A stretch of DNA of 64,000 bases, from assembly GCA_964035545.1 (NCBI GenBank), contig CAXIUT010000073.1, forward strand, positions 62,001 to 126,000, read 5' to 3'. This DNA comes from Bugula neritina. Taxonomy: Eukaryota > Animalia > Bryozoa. Of the stretch, positions 1 through 9,700 are shown piece after piece (positions within the stretch are counted from its first letter, which is position 1; each line of letters opens with the position of its first letter). A program made the position numbers and the translations under genes. The notes below the pieces were generated by a model that made no database searches, was not told where the DNA came from, and saw nothing but the letters and a program-made list of their open reading frames with translations.

Positions 1-415
1 TAGAATAAAATATAATATAATAATTTCTTGACAGATAAATAATATCATATACAGAATCTAACTTACCATAACTCTACAGTGCTTCACCTCTTCAACTTTT
101 TCGGCAATGTTATTTCCTTCTAGTTAAAAGTACTAGCTGAATATTAGACTTTGAAACATAACCCTTCAATTTCATTGCACCAGCACCGGTTGCAAGATAG
201 GTGTGTTGGGAGTTATCTTTCCTAAAAATTTGTTTTCGGCGTTTATACGAAGCAGACACAGGCTAATATTAATTTTGTTATTTGCAAGAGTTTTTCTGTC
301 TGGTTGTCCATCAGCAAAATTTTGCGCCTTGCAGTTTTTATGGAAATACCAGTGATGCTGGAAGACCTTTGCATTGTACACCCGCCTTTACTATTGAATT
401 TAGATGTTTTATTTT

Positions 416-444
416 CCCATCCCCTCTCCTGCCCCCCTGTCCCC
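416..444 (-). other. Canonical G-quadruplex-forming motif (one per monomer)
   Basis: The minus strand reads GGGG-ACA-GGGGGG-CAGGAGA-GGGG-AT-GGG, matching four G3+ tracts with N1-7 loops. This is a motif match only; folding is not shown. Confidence 0.7.
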
Positions 445-462
445 TCTAACAACCAGCAATCC

Positions 463-722
463 TGACTCATGTGAAATGTGTTATTGTTTTAGAGTTGGAC
501 CATGGGCCTACAGTATACGATTTGAAGCTTTATTGTTTACAGGCAGTCGAGATGAGTCACTGCTGAAACCCATTTTATTAGTAGACTATATTGCTCTTTA
601 ATCATCAGTTTTCATATTAAAACAGAAAGCTCATCTGCAGCGCCATTTCACAGTATTATACTTTGCTAGAGCAATAACTAATTTTAGATGCCTTTGCAAA
701 CATATGAGAAATAAATGAGTCA
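463..722. promoter_or_regulatory. Cluster of three perfect AP-1/GCN4-type bZIP sites TGA(C/G)TCA (repeated in every monomer)
   Basis: TGACTCA at 463-469, TGAGTCA at 553-559, and TGAGTCA at 716-722 (within the full ATGAGTCAT palindrome 715-723). The motifs are directly visible; regulatory function is inferred. Confidence 0.4.
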
Positions 723-3700
723 TTTTATGAAAAGAGGTGTTTGCAGCACTTGTCCACTTTTGATTTACACGTGGCATGGAAACTTTTGTAGTTTTAAATA
801 ATATCTCCAAACTCATCACTTGCATGTGTTTATATACATGATAAAGTTTTTCATGCAAAACTTGATGCCTGCTTCAAAGACACCAGTGCTTGATTACTGT
901 GTTAACTGTATTGGCACGTTGCCATTTGATATTTGGTAATATTTCGCATCACAACAAACTCTTCAGAAAGTTAAGAAAATTAGTCTAGAAAGTTAATGAA
1001 ATAAACCTACCAGAGAGAGTAAGCCAGATGTAACAAGTAGATCCAAAACAAGTTGATTAACAATTGAAGTTGAAATCTCCATGTAGTGAACACTTTAGTC
1101 CTAATGTCAAATGCAAACGTCTGCAACCAAACTGTGTAGACTTCATGAGCTGGTTAGCTGACAGGACTCATTAAAGTTCTTAACTCTTGTGTGTATAGTG
1201 TTGCCCATCTTGAACTAGAGAGGGCTGACTGAAGACTGCTACTTTGTGAAAATTGACAATGCATATTATTATTATTCATTGTTGAGATTCACGGCTGCCA
1301 TAAACAATGATAAAATATTCATTGTTGGTACTAGTGAGTAGAATAAAATATAATATAATAATTTCTTGACAGATAAATAATATCATATACAGAATCTAAC
1401 TTACCATAACTCTACAGTGCTTCACCTCTTCAACTTTTTCGGCAATGTTATTTCCTTCTAGTTAAAAGTACTAGCTGAATATTAGACTTTGAAACATAAC
1501 CCTTCAATTTCATTGCACCAGCACCGGTTGCAAGATAGGTGTGTTGGGAGTTATCTTTCCTAAAAATTTGTTTTCGGCGTTTATACGAAGCAGACACAGG
1601 CTAATATTAATTTTGTTATTTGCAAGAGTTTTTCTGTCTGGTTGTCCATCAGCAAAATTTTGCGCCTTGCAGTTTTTATGGAAATACCAGTGATGCTGGA
1701 AGACCTTTGCATTGTACACCCGCCTTTACTATTGAATTTAGATGTTTTATTTTCCCATCCCCTCTCCTGCCCCCCTGTCCCCTTTAACAACCAGCAATCC
1801 TGACTCATGTGAAATGTGTTATTGTTTTAGAGTTGGACCATGGGCCTACAGTATACGATTTGAAGCTTTATTGTTTACAGGCAGTCGAGATGAGTCACTG
1901 CTGAAACCCATTTTATTAGTAGACTATATTGCTCTTTAATCATCAGTTTTCATATTAAAACAAACAGCTCATCTGCAGCGCCATTTCACAGTATTATACT
2001 TTGCTAGAGCAATAACTAATTTTAGATGCCTTTGCAAACATATGAGAAATAAATGAGTCATTTTATGAAAAGAGGTGTTTGCAGCAATTGTCCACTTTTG
2101 ATTTAGACGCGGCATGGAAACTTTTGTAGTTTTAAATAATATCTCCAAACTCATCACTTGCATGTGTTTATATGCTTGATAAAGTTTTTCATGCAAAACT
2201 TGATGCCTGCTTCAAAGACACCAGTGCTTAATTACTGTGTTAACTGTATTGGCACGTTGCCATTTGATATTTGGTAATATTTCGCATCACAACAAACTCT
2301 TCAGAAAGTTAAGAAAATTAGTCTAGAAAGTTAATGAAATAAACCTACCAGAGAGAGTAAGCCAGATGTAACAAGTAGATCCAAAACAAGTTGATTAACA
2401 ATTGAAGTTGAAATCTCCATGTAGTGAACACTTTAGTCCTAATGTCAAATGCAAACGTCTGCAACCAAACTGTGTAGACTTCATGAGCTGGTTAGCTGAC
2501 AGGACTCATTAAAGTTCTTAACTCTTGTGTGTATAGTGATGCCCATCTTGAACTAGAGAGGGCTGACTGAAGACTGCTACTTTGTGAAAATTGACAATGC
2601 ATATTATTATTATTCATTGTTGAGATTCACGGCTGCCATAAACAATGATAAAATATTCATTGTTGGTACTAGTGAGTAGAATAAAATATAATATAATAAT
2701 TTCTTGACAGATAAATAATATCATATACAGAATCTAACTTACCATAACTCTACAGTGCTTCACCTCTTCAACTTTTTCGGCAATGTTATTTCCTACTAGT
2801 TAGAAGTACTAGCTGAATATAGGACTTTGAAACACAACCCTTCAATTCCATTACACCAGCACCGGTTGCAAGATAGGTGTGTTGGGAGTTATCTTTCCTA
2901 AAATTTTGTTCTTGGCGTTTATACGAAACAGACACAGGCTAATATTAGTTTTGTTATTTGCAAGAGTTTTTCTGTCTGGTTGTCCATCAGCAAAATTTTG
3001 CGCCTTGCAGTTTTTATGGAAATACCAGTGATGCTGGAAGACCTTTGCATTGTACACCCGCCTTTACTATTGAATTTAGATGTTTTATTTTCCCATCCCC
3101 TCTCCTGCCCCCCTGTCCCCTCTAACAACCAGCAATCCTGACTCATGTGAAATGTGTTATTGTTTTAGAGTTGGACCATGGGCCTACAGTATACGATTTG
3201 AAGCCTTATTGTTTACAGGCAGTCGAGATGAGTCACTGCTGAAACCCATTTTATTAGTAGACTATATTGCTCTTTAATCATCAGTTTTCATATTAAAACA
3301 AACAGCTCGTCTGCAGCGCCATTTCACAGTATTATACTTTGCTAGAGCAATAACTAATTTTAGATGCCTTTGCAAACATATGAGAAATAAATGAGTCATT
3401 TTATGAAAAGAGGTGTTTGAAGCAATTGTCCACTTTTGATTTAGACGCGGCATGGAAACTTTTGTAGTTTCAAATAATATCTCCAAACTCATCACTTGCA
3501 TGTGTTTATATGCTTGATAAAGTTTTTCATGCAAAACTTGATGCCTGCTTCAAAGACACCAGTGCTTAATTACTGTGTTAACTGTATTGGCACGTTGCCA
3601 TTTGAGATTTGGTAATATTTCGCATCACAACAAACTCTTCAGAAAGTTAAGAAAATTAGTCTAAAAAGTTAATGAAATAAACCTACCAGAGAGAGTAAGC

Positions 3701-6700
3701 CAGATGTAACAAGTAGATCCAAAACAAGTTGATTAACAATTGAAGTTGAAATCTCCATGTAGTGAACACTTTAGTCCTAATGTCAAATGCAAACGTCTGC
3801 AACCAAACTGTGTAGACTTCATGAGCTGGTTAGCTGACAGGACTCATTAAAGTTCTTAACTCTTGTGTGTATAGTGATGCCCATCTTGAACTAGAGAGGG
3901 CTGACTGAAGACTGCTACTTTGTGAAAATTGACAATGCATATTATTATTATTCATTGTTGAGATTCACGGCTGCCATAAACAATGATAAAATATTCATTG
4001 TTGGTACTAGTGAGTAGAATAAAATATATTATAATAATTTCTTGACAGAAAAATAATATCATATACAGAATATAACTTACCATAACTCTACAGTGCTTCA
4101 CCTCTTCAACTTTTTCGGCAATGTCATTTCCTACTAGTTAGAAGTACTAGCTGAATATAGGACTTTGAAACACAACCCTTCAATTCCATTGCACCAGCAC
4201 CGGTTGCAAGATAGGTGTGTTGGGAGTTATCTTTCCTAAAATTTTGTTCTTGGCGTTTATACGAAACAGACACAGGCTAATATTAGTTCTGTTATTTGCA
4301 AGAGTTTTTCTGTCTGGTTGTCCATCAGCAAAATTTTGCGCCTTGCAGTTTTTATGGAAATACCAGTGATGCTGGAAGACCTTTGCATTGTACACCCGCC
4401 TTTACTATTGAATTTAGATGTTTTATTTTCCCATCCCCTCTCCTGCCCCCCTGTCCCCTTTAACAACCAGCAATCCTGACTCATGTGAAATGTGTTATTG
4501 TTTTAGAGTTGGACCATGGGCCTACAGTATACGATTTGAAGCTTTATTGTTTACAGGCAGTCGAGATGAGTCACTGCTGAAACCCATTTTATTAGTAGAC
4601 TATATTGCTCTTTAATCATCAGTTTTCATATTAAAACAAACAGCTCATCTGCAGCGCCATTTCACAGTATTATACTTTGCTAGAGCAATAACTAATTTTA
4701 GATGCCTTTGCAAACATATGAGAAATAAATGAGTCATTTTATGAAAAGAGGTGTTTGCAGCAATTGTCCACTTTTGATTTAGACGCGGCATGGAAACTTT
4801 TGTAGTTTTAAATAATATCTCCAAACTCATCACTTGCATGTGTTTATATGCTTGATAAAGTTTTTCATGCAAAACTTGATGCCTGCTTCAAAGACACCAG
4901 TGCTTATTTACTGTGTTAACTGTATTGGCACGTTGCCATTTGATATTTGGTAATATTTCGCATCACAACAAACTCTTCAGAAAGTTAAGAAAATTAGTCT
5001 AGAAAGTTAATGAAATAAACCTACCAGAGAGAGTAAGCCAGATGTAACAAGTAGATCCAAAACAAGTTGATTAACAATTGAAGTTGAAATCTCCATGTAG
5101 TGAACACTTTAGTCCTAATGTCAAATGCAAACGTCTGCAACCAAACTGTGTAGACTTCATGAGCTGGTTAGCTGACAGGACTCATTAAAGTTCTTAACTC
5201 TTGTGTGTATAGTGATGCCCATCTTGAACTAGAGAGGGCTGACTGAAGACTGCTACTTTGTGAAAATTGACAATGCATATTATTATTATTCATTGTTGAG
5301 ATTCACGGCTGCCATAAACAATGATAAAATATTCATTGTTGGTACTAGTGAGTAGAATAAAATATAATATAATAATTTCTTGACAGATAAATAATATCAT
5401 ATACAGAATCTAACTTACCATAACTCTACAGTGCTTCACCTCTTCAACTTTTTCGGCAATGTTATTTCCTACTAGTTAGAAGTACTAGCTGAATATAGGA
5501 CTTTGAAACACAACCCTTCAATTCCATTACACCAGCACCGGTTGCAAGATAGGTGTGTTGGGAGTTATCTTTCCTAAAATTTTGTTCTTGGCGTTTATAC
5601 GAAACAGACACAGGCTAATATTAGTTTTGTTATTTGCAAGAGTTTTTCTGTCTGGTTGTCCATCAGCAAAATTTTGCGCCTTGCAGTTTTTATGGAAATA
5701 CCAGTGATGCTGGAAGACCTTTGCATTGTACACCCGCCTTTACTATTGAATTTAGATGTTTTATTTTCCCATCCCCTCTCCTGCCCCCCTGTCCCCTCTA
5801 ACAACCAGCAATCCTGACTCATGTGAAATGTGTTATTGTTTTAGAGTTGGACCATGGGCCTACAGTATACGATTTGAAGCCTTATTGTTTACAGGCAGTC
5901 GAGATGAGTCACTGCTGAAACCCATTTTATTAGTAGACTATATTGCTCTTTAATCATCAGTTTTCATATTAAAACAAACAGCTCGTCTGCAGCGCCATTT
6001 CACAGTATTATACTTTGCTAGAGCAATAACTAATTTTAGATGCCTTTGCAAACATATGAGAAATAAATGAGTCATTTTATGAAAAGAGGTGTTTGAAGCA
6101 ATTGTCCACTTTTGATTTAGACGCGGCATGGAAACTTTTGTAGTTTCAAATAATATCTCCAAACTCATCACTTGCATGTGTTTATATGCTTGATAAAGTT
6201 TTTCATGCAAAACTTGATGCCTGCTTCAAAGACACCAGTGCTTAATTACTGTGTTAACTGTATTGGCACGTTGCCATTTGAGATTTGGTAATATTTCGCA
6301 TCACAACAAACTCTTCAGAAAGTTAAGAAAATTAGTCTAAAAAGTTAATGAAATAAACCTACCAGAGAGAGTAAGCCAGATGTAACAAGTAGATCCAAAA
6401 CAAGTTGATTAACAATTGAAGTTGAAATCTCCATGTAGTGAACACTTTAGTCCTAATGTCAAATGCAAACGTCTGCAACCAAACTGTGTAGACTTCATGA
6501 GCTGGTTAGCTGACAGGACTCATTAAAGTTCTTAACTCTTGTGTGTATAGTGATGCCCATCTTGAACTAGAGAGGGCTGACTGAAGACTGCTACTTTGTG
6601 AAAATTGACAATGCATATTATTATTATTCATTGTTGAGATTCACGGCTGCCATAAACAATGATAAAATATTCATTGTTGGTACTAGTGAGTAGAATAAAA

Positions 6701-9700
6701 TATATTATAATAATTTCTTGACAGAAAAATAATATCATATACAGAATATAACTTACCATAACTCTACAGTGCTTCACCTCTTCAACTTTTTCGGCAATGT
6801 CATTTGCTACTAGTTAGAAGTACTAGCTGAATATAGGACTTTGAAACACAACCCTTCAATTCCATTGCACCAGCACCGGTTGCAAGATAGGTGTGTTGGG
6901 AGTTATCTTTCCTAAAATTTTGTTCTTGGCGTTTATACGAAACAGACACAGGCTAATATTAGTTCTGTTATTTGCAAGAGTTTTTCTGTCTGGTTGTCCA
7001 TCAGCAAAATTTTGCGCCTTGCAGTTTTTATGGAAATACCAGTGATGCTGGAAGACCTTTGCATTGTACACCCGCCTTCACTATTGAATTTAGATGTTTT
7101 ATTTTCCCATCCCCTCTCCTGCCCCCCTGTCCCCTCTAACAACCAGCAATCCTGACTCATGTGAAATGTGTTATTGTTTTAGAGTTGGACCATGGGCCTA
7201 CAGTATACGATTTGAAGCTTTATTGTTTACAGGCAGTCGAGATGAGTCACTGCTGAAACCCATTTTATTAGTAGACTATATTGCTCTTTAATCATCAGTT
7301 TTCATATTAAAACAGAAAGCTCATCTGCAGCGCCATTTCACAGTATTATACTTTGCTAGAGCAATAACTAATTTTAGATGCCTTTGCAAACATATGAGAA
7401 ATAAATGAGTCATTTTATGAAAAGAGGTGTTTGCAGCACTTGTCCACTTTTGATTTACACGTGGCATGGAAACTTTTGTAGTTTTAAATAATATCTCCAA
7501 ACTCATCACTTGCATGTGTTTATATACATGATAAAGTTTTTCATGCAAAACTTGATGCCTGCTTCAAAGACACCAGTGCTTGATTACTGTGTTAACTGTA
7601 TTGGCACGTTGCCATTTGATATTTGGTAATATTTCGCATCACAACAAACTCTTCAGAAAGTTAAGAAAATTAGTCTAGAAAGTTAATGAAATAAACCTAC
7701 CAGAGAGAGTAAGCCAGATGTAACAAGTAGATCCAAAACAAGTTGATTAACAATTGAAGTTGAAATCTCCATGTAGTGAACACTTTAGTCCTAATGTCAA
7801 ATGCAAACGTCTGCAACCAAACTGTGTAGACTTCATGAGCTGGTTAGCTGACAGGACTCATTAAAGTTCTTAACTCTTGTGTGTATAGTGATGCCCATCT
7901 TGAACTAGAGAGGGCTGACTGAAGACTGCTACTTTGTGAAAATTGACAATGCATATTATTATTATTCATTGTTGAGATTCACGGCTGCCATAAACAATGA
8001 TAAAATATTCATTGTTGGTACTAGTGAGTAGAATAAAATATAATATAATAATTTCTTGACAGATAAATAATATCATATACAGAATCTAACTTACCATAAC
8101 TCTACAGTGCTTCACCTCTTCAACTTTTTCGGCAATGTTATTTCCTTCTAGTTAAAAGTACTAGCTGAATATAAGACTTTGAAACACAACCCTTCAATTC
8201 CATTGCACCAGCACCGGTTGCAAGATAGGTGTGTTGGGAGTTATCTTTCCTAAAATTTTGTTCTTGGCGTTTATACGAAACAGACACAGGCTAATATTAG
8301 TTCTGTTATTTGCAAGAGTTTTTCTGTCTGGTTGTCCATCAGCAAATTTTTGCGCCTTGCAGTTTTTATGGAAATACTAGTGATGCTGGAAGACCTTTGC
8401 ATTGTACACCCGCCTTCACTATTGAATTTAGATGTTTTATTTTCCCATCCCCTCTCCTGCCCCCCTGTCCCCTCTAACAACCAGCAATCCTGACTCATGT
8501 GAAATGTGTTATTGTTTTAGAGTTGGACCATGGGCCTACAGTATACGATTTGAAGCTTTATTGTTTACAGGCAGTCGAGATGAGTCACTGCTGAAACCCA
8601 TTTTATTAGTAGACTATATTGCTCTTTAATCATCAGTTTTCATATTATAACAGAAAGCTCATCTGCAGCGCCATTTCACAGTATTATACTTTGCTAGAGC
8701 AATAACTAATTTTAGATGCCTTTGCAAACATATGAGAAATAAATGAGTCATTTTATGAAAAGAGGTGTTTGCAGCACTTGTCCACTTTTGATTTACACGT
8801 GGCATGGAAACTTTTGTAGTTTTAAATAATATCTCCAAACTCATCACTTGCATGTGTTTATATACATGATAAAGTTTTTCATGCAAAACTTGATGCCTGC
8901 TTCAAAGACACCAGTGCTTGATTACTGTGTTAACTGTATTGGCACGTTGCCATTTGATATTTGGTAATATTTCGCATCACAACAAACTCTTCAGAAAGTT
9001 AAGAAAATTAGTCTAGAAAGTTAATGAAATAAACCTACCAGAGAGAGTAAGCCAGATGTAACAAGTAGATCCAAAACAAGTTGATTAACAATTGAAGTTG
9101 AAATCTCCATGTAGTGAACACTTTAGTCCTAATGTCAAATGCAAACGTCTGCAACCAAACTGTGTAGACTTCATGAGCTGGTTAGCTGACAGGACTCATT
9201 AAAGTTCTTAACTCTTGTGTGTATAGTGATGCCCATCTTGAACTAGAGAGGGCTGACTGAAGACTGCTACTTTGTGAAAATTGACAATGCATATTATTAT
9301 TATTCATTGTTGAGATTCACGGCTGCCATAAACAATGATAAAATATTCATTGTTGGTACTAGTGAGTAGAATAAAATATAATATAATAATTTCTTGACAG
9401 ATAAATAATATCATATACAGAATCTAACTTACCATAACTCTACAGTGCTTCACCTCTTCAACTTTTTCGGCAATGTTATTTCCTTCTAGTTAAAAGTACT
9501 AGCTGAATATTAGACTTTGAAACATAACCCTTCAATTTCATTGCACCAGCACCGGTTGCAAGATAGGTGTGTTGGGAGTTATCTTTCCTAAAAATTTGTT
9601 TTCGGCGTTTATACGAAGCAGACACAGGCTAATATTAATTTTGTTATTTGCAAGAGTTTTTCTGTCTGGTTGTCCATCAGCAAAATTTTGCGCCTTGCAG

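Larger units (their letters stand above)
1..1338. repeat. Representative monomer (subfamily A; phase arbitrary). Complex, AT-rich, no obvious internal sub-repeat
   Basis: Sequence 1-1338 is followed at 1339 by a near-identical copy. By eye I see no shorter internal periodicity beyond a 12-bp direct repeat (tattcattgttg at ~1273 and ~1316) and a short (TAT)n run at ~1264-1276. Confidence 0.97.

Noticed and set aside
55-75. U1 snRNA 5' end (ACTTACC) or another snRNA, SL RNA, 5S or tRNA tandem gene
   Set aside because: Only the 7-mer matches. No U1 body, Pol III A/B/C boxes, cloverleaf or recognisable spliced-leader sequence follows.
545-660. Hammerhead ribozyme (plus gatgagtcactgctgaaac; minus CTGATGA at 608-602), as in retrozyme or newt-type satellites
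   Set aside because: The plus-strand core is GAGATGA, not CTGANGA. The minus-strand CTGATGA lacks a correctly placed GAAA, and stems I-III cannot be built.
619-760. miR-427/miR-430-type tandem miRNA cluster (minus gctttctgtttt; AAGTGCT seed-like at ~745-751)
   Set aside because: The two partial matches are ~120 nt apart. The seed-like word is polymorphic (gcactt/gcaatt) and does not sit in a pre-miRNA-sized hairpin.
172-858. Short repeated ORFs (MYNAKV..., MSQDCW..., MFYFPI..., MHEKLY...) as a tandem gene family
   Set aside because: They are 60-86 aa, overlap on both strands, and have no recognisable domain. Each is broken by stops or 1-2-bp indels in some copies, and variants often change amino acids. 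Their recurrence just reflects the DNA repeat.
941-960. CENP-B box
   Set aside because: TTCG....A is present but the required CGGG is missing.
67-1120. Spliced repetitive protein (70+110 = 180 nt per unit, a multiple of 3)
   Set aside because: The 70-nt minus-strand exon candidate has stop codons in all three frames. Alternative acceptors give incompatible phases or are lost in some B copies.
1229-1262. Second hammerhead-like string CTGAAGA...GAAA
   Set aside because: There is no stem II pairing and no properly positioned NUH cleavage triplet.
1303-1326. Hairpin aacaatga-N8-tcattgtt as a terminator or structural element
   Set aside because: It is an AT-rich 8-bp stem, disrupted in several copies (ttaattgtt, tccattgtt, tctttgtt), and is expected by chance.
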